A DNA stretch of 31,489 nucleotides, taken from the IMG/VR virus record IMGVR_UViG_3300005512_000202, positions 1 to 31,489 of that record. One strand, written 5' to 3'. The first letter of the stretch is position 1; the number at the start of each line of letters is the position of its first letter. Of this stretch, positions 18,529-25,604 are shown in pieces. Source of the DNA: a virus. Its lineage: Duplodnaviria; Caudoviricetes. Below the pieces are notes generated by a model. The model searched no databases. It worked only from the letters and a program-made list of their open reading frames with translations, and had not been told where the DNA came from. A program made the translations under genes and the position numbers.

Positions 18529-18771
18529 CTACTTGTTCTTGACGCAAACGTATGTTGCAGGTTTGGTTGGGTGGCGATACAAGCTGTAACGCCCTCGCAT
18601 GTAGTTAGAGCAAGCTTGTTGCGTTCGAGCATAGTCAGCTTTATCGACTAAGAACCAATGACCAACATCCATTGACTCGAACAAATCACGCCACTGTGAC
18701 CGACCAGATTTGTGATGAAGCTGTGCAGGTGGTCGCTGATATTTTACTACTTTGAAGTTAAAAGTTTTCAT
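18529..18771 (-). CDS. Small basic putative DNA-binding protein
   Basis: Start moved to ATG 18771 behind AGAGGA; 80 aa; GRSQWRDLFESMDVGHWFLV resembles small phage nucleic-acid-binding proteins. Confidence 0.6.
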   Translation of the reverse strand: MKTFNFKVVKYQRPPAQLHHKSGRSQWRDLFESMDVGHWFLVDKADYARTQQACSNYMRGRYSLYRHPTKPATYVCVKNK

Positions 18772-18792
18772 TGTCAAAATCCTCTTAATTTT

Positions 18793-18808
18793 GTTAATCA
18801 TGATTAAC
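18793..18808. promoter_or_regulatory. Palindrome GTTAATCATGATTAAC, copy 5
   Basis: Just upstream of the RBS of 18771; contains the stop of the 47-aa ORF. Confidence 0.8.
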
Positions 18809-18947
18809 CTAGAAATAAACGAACCAAAGCGTACGCGAATGTTCCCACGTACAGACCTAGTATACCAATAAACAGACAAAAGTCAAGTACTTTTAATTTG
18901 ACCAAATCACGGTTGCGGGTTGCTCCGCGAAGTTTAAGAATGAACAT
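18804..18947 (-). CDS. 47-aa membrane microprotein (not in ORF track)
   Basis: GAGG RBS; MFILKLRGATRNRDLVKLKVLDFCLFIGILGLYVGTFAYALVRLFLG*; basic N-terminus then one hydrophobic helix. Confidence 0.6.
   Translation of the reverse strand: MFILKLRGATRNRDLVKLKVLDFCLFIGILGLYVGTFAYALVRLFLG
18859..18886 (-). promoter_or_regulatory. Probable sigma70 early promoter
   Basis: TTGACT(18886-18881)-16 bp-TATACT(18864-18859). Confidence 0.55.
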
Positions 18948-18960
18948 AAAATTTCCTCGA

Positions 18961-18982
18961 TAAAATGCCCACCGAAGTGGGC
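18961..18982 (-). terminator. UUCG hairpin/terminator after the first early gene
   Basis: Minus strand GCCCAC-TTCG-GTGGGC-ATTTTA. Confidence 0.7.
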
Positions 18983-19004
18983 GAATATGTGTGGACTGGA
19001 TGGA

Positions 19005-19547
19005 TTACTTGGCGGCCTTCGCCAGCTTGGACAGCTCGGCTATTGCCTTCTGGATGTCTGACGCGCTGGCTCCAGAGTCAGCGAATGACTGTGCAAGCTT
19101 TGCAAGCTTCGAAGTCATTTGCTCGACCGTTGGCGCTTGGGGTGTTATGTCATCCTTGCCCGCGTCTACATCGCTTGCGTCTTTTATGGACTCTCTAGCG
19201 CCCTTGCTCAATTGCTGTAATGACTTCGCCTCACCTGCTACTCGGTCTGCTTCTGCTTTTACTTGCTCGGCTGTCCATGTTTCTTGTCCTTTTTTCCATC
19301 CTTTCGCGAATTCCAGAAAGGTCTTAATGTTCGACTTAATCACCTTCAAGCTGTCGGGATTGAATGCCTTCTGCTTGTATGCGGTCTCGAAAGCCAGCAA
19401 GTAAGAACCGATGTCTGCTGGCTCTTTGATAATGCTTGATACGCTCACAAGAATCTGCACCTCAGTCAGTGCCGCCTTGTCTTGGGCGCTTCGTGCGTTC
19501 AGATGCTCGACCGCCATAGAGTCAAGCTTGTTCGTTGATACTGTCAT
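19005..19547 (-). CDS. First early gene, Ala/Lys-rich helical protein of unknown function
   Basis: Start ATG 19547 behind GGAG; own promoter and terminator. Confidence 0.75.
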   Translation of the reverse strand: MTVSTNKLDSMAVEHLNARSAQDKAALTEVQILVSVSSIIKEPADIGSYLLAFETAYKQKAFNPDSLKVIKSNIKTFLEFAKGWKKGQETWTAEQVKAEADRVAGEAKSLQQLSKGARESIKDASDVDAGKDDITPQAPTVEQMTSKLAKLAQSFADSGASASDIQKAIAELSKLAKAAK

Positions 19548-19586
19548 GGTCACTTCTCCGTTACATGGCGACATTGCCACACTGAT

Positions 19587-19614
19587 AGATTAACAGAATG
19601 GTGACAGGGGTCAA
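19587..19614 (-). promoter_or_regulatory. Probable first early promoter
   Basis: TTGACC(19614-19609)-16 bp-TAATCT with a TGn extension. Confidence 0.55.
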
Positions 19615-19628
19615 GTGTTTTTGCTGGA

Positions 19629-19644
19629 GTTAATCATGATTAAC
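19629..19644. promoter_or_regulatory. Palindrome GTTAATCATGATTAAC, copy 6
   Basis: About 15 bp upstream of the -35 box of the first early promoter. Confidence 0.8.
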
Positions 19645-20002
19645 CTGGTACTTGATAGTGTCTGGTGGGTACAGCATAGACTCTCACGCTGCACACTTCG
19701 AAGTGTCTGTCAAGTGTTGACATAGCGCTACAAAGATGGTACGGGGGAGGGGGGACACCAAAGGTTTCTACGTAGTGTACCTACCCAGATACAAAAAAGA
19801 AGGAAATTAGACTAGGGTTATGGCCTAAAAAGACCTCTATATAACTGTAATGTACAGTAAAGTAAACCTTTGATAACTAAAAAGAATAACTAAAAAGTCT
19901 TTGCGGCATCTCTAGGACTGCTGAAGCCCGCTGAAGTAGCTAAAAAAGGGGAGGAATAGTACACGACAGTACTGTAAAGAGTAGTGTGTGTAATATTAAC
20001 AT

Positions 20003-20044
20003 AAATTTAACTTGACTTTTGTGTGTTTTTATGATATAATATAC
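20003..20044 (+). promoter_or_regulatory. Structural-arm promoter 1
   Basis: TTGACT(20012-20017)-17 bp-TATAAT(20035-20040), extended -10; flanks identical to the promoter at 24971. Confidence 0.85.
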
Positions 20045-20179
20045 ACATACTTAAGCAACTATAGAGAACAACAGAGCACACCTTACTGGTAGAGTATAAA
20101 TATTAATAATAACTTTACCAAGTTCTACCATCTCTGTTGATCTCTATAGAGCACTACAACCCTGTAAAGGATAATTGTC

Positions 20180-20566
20180 ATGACTGATGAAACTAAACCA
20201 ATAGGCAGACCCGCTAAGAGGGCTGTTGCGGCTAAAAAGAAGGGTAGTCGTGGTCAAGTTGGTAGACCTAAAGGTGATGCAGCCATCATTAACGAGTACA
20301 AAGCTCGTATGTTAGCATCTCCTAAGTCTCGTAAAGTCCTAGAGACTATCTTTGATGCAGCACTCAACGATGAACACAAGAATCAAGCAGCGGCTTGGAA
20401 GCTTGTCATGGATAGGGTGTTACCTGTTGCGGCATTTGAAAAAGATGTTGTCAAGTCAGGTGGTAAAAACGCTATCAGCATTAACATTACTGGTGTTGGT
20501 GCTACTACAATCTCCAGTGAACAAGCAGAAGATAACTACATTGAAGGAGAGTATGTTGAGTCTTAA
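20180..20566 (+). CDS. Putative terminase small subunit
   Basis: Basic N-terminus with GRP repeats (GRPAK, GRPKG), helical core, C-terminal ISINITG strand; upstream of terL. Confidence 0.6.
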   Translation: MTDETKPIGRPAKRAVAAKKKGSRGQVGRPKGDAAIINEYKARMLASPKSRKVLETIFDAALNDEHKNQAAAWKLVMDRVLPVAAFEKDVVKSGGKNAISINITGVGATTISSEQAEDNYIEGEYVES

Positions 20567-20930
20567 TGCCTCGCAGAGCGTATACAAGCACTTTGAACTA
20601 AGTGAATTTGATTGTCAAGAGACTGGTGAAAACAATATGTCTCCTAACTTTCTAATCATGCTTGACAAACTCCGTGAGGCCTGTGGTTTCCCCTTTGTTA
20701 TCACAAGTGGCTACAGAAGCCCTCAGCACTCTTTAGAGAAAGATAAACCAAATGGTGGTGGTACGCACACCAAAGGCATAGCAGCCGACATAGCGGTCTC
20801 TGGAGGCTTTCAGCGCTATCGTATTGTTGAGGAAGCTATTAAACTAGGATTTGCTGGTATTGGTGTTGCTAAAGGTTTTGTGCATGTTGACCTACGCCAC
20901 ACTGATGACCCTGTTATGTGGACTTACTAA
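20553..20930 (+). CDS. Peptidase M15A-type endolysin
   Basis: ITSGYR, H..G.AADI, FVHVD zinc-peptidase motifs; start at ATG 20553 behind AAGGAG. Confidence 0.88.
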   Translation: MLSLNASQSVYKHFELSEFDCQETGENNMSPNFLIMLDKLREACGFPFVITSGYRSPQHSLEKDKPNGGGTHTKGIAADIAVSGGFQRYRIVEEAIKLGFAGIGVAKGFVHVDLRHTDDPVMWTY

Positions 20931-21280
20931 TGGTTACTACTCTAGGCTCTAAAGGCTACATCCCTCAAGTTGCTGACAACGGTACGTTTGTTACTGTCAT
21001 TACAGTCCCTGACGGTTATCACTGCAAAATAAACTACTTTTTTGCTGCCGCTGGTGGCTCTGTTACCGTAGATGCTAGGTGGTCTGATGGTAGTGACTAC
21101 AGTTTTCTAAAAGGTAAGAACCTCAGTGCTGGTGATATTATAGAGTTTGGTGTTGGTGAAAACCAATATCTAATACTAACTGAGGGTGAGACAATAGACA
21201 TTAAGTGTAGCTCTGTCAACGCTACGTTTATCATCTCTTATGAACTCTACATTGCACCCACGAGCACTATAGTACTGTAA
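20930..21280 (+). CDS. Hypothetical beta-rich protein
   Basis: TAATG-coupled at both ends. Confidence 0.7.
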   Translation: MVTTLGSKGYIPQVADNGTFVTVITVPDGYHCKINYFFAAAGGSVTVDARWSDGSDYSFLKGKNLSAGDIIEFGVGENQYLILTEGETIDIKCSSVNATFIISYELYIAPTSTIVL

Positions 21281-22536
21281 TGTCAGATTTAAATATTTCT
21301 TTGTTACCGTGGCAACAGGAAGTCTGGGAAGACGACACTAGATTTAAGATTGTTGCTGCAGGACGAAGGACAGGGAAGTCTCGCTTGGCTGCTTGGCTTC
21401 TCATAGTAAATGCCCTACAGACTGACCGAGGGCATGTGTTTTACGTTGCGCCAACACAAGGACAGGCCAGAGACATTATGTGGCAGACTTTGTTGGAGTT
21501 AGGACATCCTGTCATAGCTGGGTCGCACATAAACAACCTACAGATCAAACTGATTAATGGAGCTACAATATCATTAAAAGGGGGAGACAGACCAGAAACT
21601 ATGCGTGGTGTGTCTCTTAAATACTTAGTGTTGGATGAATATGCTGACATCAAACCAGACGTGTGGGAACAGATCTTAAGACCAGCCCTAGCTGACCAGA
21701 AAGGCTCTGCATTGTTCATTGGTACTCCTATGGGGCGTAACCATTTTTATGAACTTTACAAATATGGAGAGCTATCAGGAGATGAAACTTATAGGAGTTG
21801 GCACTTTACCTCTTACGACAACCCACTACTTGACCCCTCGGAAATTGACGTTGCCAAAAAGTCAATGTCCAGCTATGCGTTCCGTCAAGAGTTTATGGCT
21901 TCGTTTGAGGCGAAAGGCTCGGAGATGTTTAAAGAAGAATGGGTTACTGTCGTAGATGACAGCACAATGGAGGGTGACTACTATGTCGCTATTGACCTTG
22001 CAGGTTTCCAAGACGTTAGCAAAAAGCGTTCAAAGAATTCAAGACTGGACAACACAGCTATTGCAGTTGTTAAAGTTGGTGAGTCTGGGTGGTTTGTTGA
22101 GAACATTGTCTACGGTCGCTGGACGCTTGAAGAAACTGCTCGTAAGATTTTTGAAGTGGTTAGAGACTACAAACCAATTAGTGTGGGAATTGAAAGAGGA
22201 ATTGCTAAGCAGGCGGTAATGTCCCCTCTGACTGACATGATGAAACGTCAAGGGTTCTTCTTTCGTGTTGAGGAACTAACACACGGTAACCAAAAGAAAA
22301 CAGACAGGATCATGTGGGCGCTACAGGGGCGCTTTGAGCATGGTCTTATTACTCTTGGTAAGGGTGAATGGAACAGCAGATTCCTTGACGAGTTGTTCCA
22401 GTTCCCTGACCCTCTAACACACGATGACTTAGTGGACGCTCTTGCCTACATTGACCAGTTAGCTAAAGTAGCTTATGCAGGCAACTGGGAAGAGTATGAC
22501 GACTACGAACAACTTGACGCAATATCAGGATATTGA
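21280..22536 (+). CDS. terL: Terminase large subunit
   Basis: Q motif, GRRTGKS Walker A, LVLDE Walker B, GTP coupling motif, IDLAG and HDDLVDA nuclease residues. Confidence 0.95.
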   Translation: MSDLNISLLPWQQEVWEDDTRFKIVAAGRRTGKSRLAAWLLIVNALQTDRGHVFYVAPTQGQARDIMWQTLLELGHPVIAGSHINNLQIKLINGATISLKGGDRPETMRGVSLKYLVLDEYADIKPDVWEQILRPALADQKGSALFIGTPMGRNHFYELYKYGELSGDETYRSWHFTSYDNPLLDPSEIDVAKKSMSSYAFRQEFMASFEAKGSEMFKEEWVTVVDDSTMEGDYYVAIDLAGFQDVSKKRSKNSRLDNTAIAVVKVGESGWFVENIVYGRWTLEETARKIFEVVRDYKPISVGIERGIAKQAVMSPLTDMMKRQGFFFRVEELTHGNQKKTDRIMWALQGRFEHGLITLGKGEWNSRFLDELFQFPDPLTHDDLVDALAYIDQLAKVAYAGNWEEYDDYEQLDAISGY

Positions 22537-22537
22537 T

Positions 22538-24577
22538 ATGGAATATTACGAAGGTTTAGAAGATGCCCCAATGGTGATTGAAGAGTCACTAGAAGACTGG
22601 GTAATGCACAACTGCAACAAATGGCGTGACCACTACGAAGCTAACTACTCTGAGAAGTTTGATGAGTACTACAGGCTTTGGCGGGGTATCTGGGCTAGTG
22701 AGGACAAGACACGCGACAGTGAACGCTCTCGTATCATAGCACCTGCGCTACAGCAGGCTGTTGAGTCCTCTGTGGCTGAACTTGAGGAAGCTACCTTTGG
22801 CCGTGGTAAATGGTTTGATATCTCTGATGACCGTAACGATCCTGACGCTAGTGACATTGCTTATCTACGCAACCAGCTGCACGAGGACTTTAACAAGACT
22901 AAGATCCGCAAAGCAGTAGCAGAGTGTCTTATCAACGCAGCTGTCTTTGGTACTGGTGTTGCTGAAGTAGTTGTTTCTGAAGAAAAGGAAATGGCTCCTG
23001 CTACACAGCCCATTATGGACGGTGACTTGACTGCTGTTGGTGTCAACATTCGTGACCGTGTTGTTGTCAAGCTACGTCCTGTCATGCCTCAGAACTTCCT
23101 TATTGATCCTATCGCTACGTCTGTAGAGGAAGCTCTTGGTGTTGCTGTGGATGAGTTTGTACCTCGTCACTCTGTAGAGATGCTACAGGAACAGGGTGTA
23201 TACAAGAAGACCTACCTTGGTAACGCTGCTGAGGATATGGACATTGAGCCTGATCAAGAGCTAACTCTGTATCAGGACGACAAGATTCGTTTAACTAAGT
23301 ACTATGGTCTAGTACCTCGTTATCTTCTTGAGGCAGCTGAAGAGTACGAAGACCTTGGTGAAGGGGAAGAAGAGAAGTCATACTACGTAGAGGCTATCGT
23401 TGTTATTGCTAATGACGGTGTTCTACTTAAGGCTGAAGAGTCTCCCTACATGATGCAGGATCGTCCTGTAGTTGCGTTCCCTTGGGACGTAGTGCCTTCA
23501 CGTTTTTGGGGTCGTGGTGTTTGTGAGAAAGGCTACAACAGCCAGAAAGCCCTTGACGCAGAGATTCGTGCACGTATTGATGCCCTAGCCTTGACAGTAC
23601 ATCCAATGATGGCTATGGACGCTACACGCATTCCTAGAGGCACTAAACCAGAAATCAGAGCAGGGAAGTTAATACTAACCAATGGCGATCCTAAAGAAAT
23701 TCTTAATCCGTTTAACTTTGGTAACGTGTCTCAGATTACCTTTGCACAAGCTCAAGCCCTTCAAGGCATGGTTCAGCAAGCTACAGGTGCTGTGGACTCA
23801 GCTGGTATCGCAGGCAACATTAACGGAGAAGCTACTGCTGCTGGCATCTCTATGTCTCTTGGCGCTATTATTAAGCGTCATAAACGTACCCTTATAAACT
23901 TCCAAGAATCTTTTCTGTTGCCTTTTGTTCAGAAAGCAGCTTATAGGTATATGCAGTTTGAACCTGAACTGTACCCTGTCAAGGACTACAAGTTTAACGC
24001 TACAAGCTCTTTAGGTATCATTGCACGAGAGTACGAAGTAACACAGCTTGTACAGTTACTACAAACGATGCAACAGGATAGCCCACTGTACCCTGTCTTG
24101 ATTCAATCAATCATTGACAACATGAACCTAAGCAACCGTGAAGAACTGATTGCTACAATGAAACAGGCTTCACAACCTAACCCTGAAGCACAACAGATGC
24201 AACAAGCTCAGATGCAGGCTCAGATGGCCTTCCAGAACGCACAGACAGCCGCTCTGGAGGCGCAAGCACAAGAGTCTTCAGCTAGGGCACAGAAGATGGT
24301 TATTGAGGCTCAGACGATCCCTCAGGAGCTTGAGATTGATAAACTTAAAGCCATCACAACAAACATACGACAGGGTGAGGAGGATGATCGTGAGTTTGAA
24401 CGTAGACTCAAGATCGCTGATCGCCTACTTAAAGAGAAAGATATAGACTTGAGAAACCGAGGAGGTCAGGCAAATGGTAGTGTCACAAGCCCAGCTCAAC
24501 AAAGCACTGGAGGAAATCAACAACAGTTACAGCAAGCTCTTGGAGCGATTGGCAGCGTTGGAGGCCAAGGTCAATGA
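22538..24577 (+). CDS. Portal protein (P22-like with C-terminal helical barrel)
   Basis: ~680 aa directly after terL; acidic; Gln-rich C-terminal helices; start ATG 22538. Confidence 0.88.
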   Translation: MEYYEGLEDAPMVIEESLEDWVMHNCNKWRDHYEANYSEKFDEYYRLWRGIWASEDKTRDSERSRIIAPALQQAVESSVAELEEATFGRGKWFDISDDRNDPDASDIAYLRNQLHEDFNKTKIRKAVAECLINAAVFGTGVAEVVVSEEKEMAPATQPIMDGDLTAVGVNIRDRVVVKLRPVMPQNFLIDPIATSVEEALGVAVDEFVPRHSVEMLQEQGVYKKTYLGNAAEDMDIEPDQELTLYQDDKIRLTKYYGLVPRYLLEAAEEYEDLGEGEEEKSYYVEAIVVIANDGVLLKAEESPYMMQDRPVVAFPWDVVPSRFWGRGVCEKGYNSQKALDAEIRARIDALALTVHPMMAMDATRIPRGTKPEIRAGKLILTNGDPKEILNPFNFGNVSQITFAQAQALQGMVQQATGAVDSAGIAGNINGEATAAGISMSLGAIIKRHKRTLINFQESFLLPFVQKAAYRYMQFEPELYPVKDYKFNATSSLGIIAREYEVTQLVQLLQTMQQDSPLYPVLIQSIIDNMNLSNREELIATMKQASQPNPEAQQMQQAQMQAQMAFQNAQTAALEAQAQESSARAQKMVIEAQTIPQELEIDKLKAITTNIRQGEEDDREFERRLKIADRLLKEKDIDLRNRGGQANGSVTSPAQQSTGGNQQQLQQALGAIGSVGGQGQ

Positions 24578-24656
24578 GCAAGGAGAAAGACCCAAGACTA
24601 GCACGAGCAGGGGTAAGCGGGTACAACAAACCGAAGCGGACTCCGAGTCATCCTAA
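24474..24656 (+). CDS. 60-aa coiled-coil protein fully overlapping its neighbours
   Basis: Strong GAGGAGG RBS before ATG; amphipathic heptad pattern. Confidence 0.55.
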   Translation: MVVSQAQLNKALEEINNSYSKLLERLAALEAKVNEQGERPKTSTSRGKRVQQTEADSESS

Positions 24657-24840
24657 GAAATCCCACGTAGTTGTTGCCAAGGAAGGTGACAAAGTTAAAA
24701 CCATTAGGTTTGGACAGCAGGGCGTTAGCGGTGATAAGAAACCCACAGCTAGACAGAAGTCTTTTAAAGCTCGTCATGCTTCTAACATCGCTAAAGGCAA
24801 GATGTCTGCAGCATACTGGGCTGATAAGGTGAAATGGTAA
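24574..24840 (+). CDS. Small basic protein (possibly DUF5754-like)
   Basis: GGAGG RBS; IRFGQQG, SFKARH, SAAYWA..KW; very Lys/Arg-rich. Confidence 0.75.
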   Translation: MSKEKDPRLARAGVSGYNKPKRTPSHPKKSHVVVAKEGDKVKTIRFGQQGVSGDKKPTARQKSFKARHASNIAKGKMSAAYWADKVKW

Positions 24841-24859
24841 CTAAAAACGGAGATAAACT

Positions 24860-24967
24860 ATGCCAATGGTAAACGGAAAGAAATACTCATACACAGCTAA
24901 GGGCAAAGCAGCAGCTAAGAAAGCAGCAGCCAAGTCTGGTAAAAAGATGAAGACTGTGAAAAAGTAA
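24860..24967 (+). CDS. 35-aa Lys/Ala-rich peptide (not in ORF track)
   Basis: GGAG RBS; MPMVNGKKYSYTAKGKAAAKKAAAKSGKKMKTVKK*. Confidence 0.7.
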   Translation: MPMVNGKKYSYTAKGKAAAKKAAAKSGKKMKTVKK

Positions 24968-24970
24968 CTA

Positions 24971-25012
24971 AAATTTAACTTGACTTTTACTCAAAAGTAT
25001 GATATAATATAC
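24971..25012 (+). promoter_or_regulatory. Structural-arm promoter 2 (head genes)
   Basis: TTGACT(24980-24985)-17 bp-TATAAT(25003-25008), extended -10. Confidence 0.85.
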
Positions 25013-25016
25013 CTAT

Positions 25017-25045
25017 ACTATAACATAGTATGATTGTAAAGTCAA
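25017..25045 (-). promoter_or_regulatory. Opposing antisense sigma70-like promoter
   Basis: TTGACT(25045-25040)-17 bp-TATAGT(25022-25017) with TGn. Confidence 0.5.
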
Positions 25046-25083
25046 CATAAATATTCACACTGTCCCCTAAGGAGAAACAGTTA

Positions 25084-25338
25084 ATGACACCAGAAACAGA
25101 AAAGTACTTTCGTGATCTAAATGACATGTTCCGTTCAGAAGGATGGAAGATTCTTTTAGGAGACATTCAAGCATCAGCTCAGAGTGTTAATTCAATTGAG
25201 GGTACTAAAGACGAGCAAGACCTTTACTTCCGCAAAGGACAACTTGCAGTGATGGCTAACATCCTTAATCTTGAGACTCAGGTAGCTGCTGCTCAAGAAC
25301 AAGCTGAAGCAGAAGACATAGCTGATGCTGAAGATTAG
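25084..25338 (+). CDS. Small head-module protein
   Basis: AAGGAG RBS; F.SEGWK, YFRKGQ; lies between portal and scaffold. Confidence 0.75.
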   Translation: MTPETEKYFRDLNDMFRSEGWKILLGDIQASAQSVNSIEGTKDEQDLYFRKGQLAVMANILNLETQVAAAQEQAEAEDIADAED

Positions 25339-25552
25339 AGATTTTAAATGTCCTGACGGACACATCAAAGAATACTTTGTTAGTGACGATATCGTACTTA
25401 TTAGGTGCGAGTGCGGTAAAGACGCTAAGAAAGTGATCTCTCCAATCAAGTCTGTACTAGAACCTCACAGTGGTGACTTTGCAGGAGCTACTATGAAGTG
25501 GGCTAGAGACCGAGAAAGGAAGATCAAACAAGAACGGAAGGCAAACTCTTAG
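25325..25552 (+). CDS. FmdB-like zinc-ribbon protein
   Basis: DFKCPDGH..E...RCECG...KVIS. Confidence 0.7.
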   Translation: MLKIRDFKCPDGHIKEYFVSDDIVLIRCECGKDAKKVISPIKSVLEPHSGDFAGATMKWARDRERKIKQERKANS

Positions 25553-25604
25553 AGCCCTTCTACAAACTACCACTCTCCATAATGCTAAGGCACGGGGTTT
25601 AATA

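Noticed and set aside
18965-19593. Plus-strand ORFs 18965-19198, 18991-19404 and 19411-19593
   Set aside because: Antisense to a gene with clear promoter, RBS and terminator; no recognisable motifs
6196-19644. Palindrome as CRISPR repeat, dif site or CtrA box
   Set aside because: Copies are about 0.8-6 kb apart with genes between; no XerC/D arms; TTAA-N7-TTAA spacing is met only by the 17903 variant, the other five are N6
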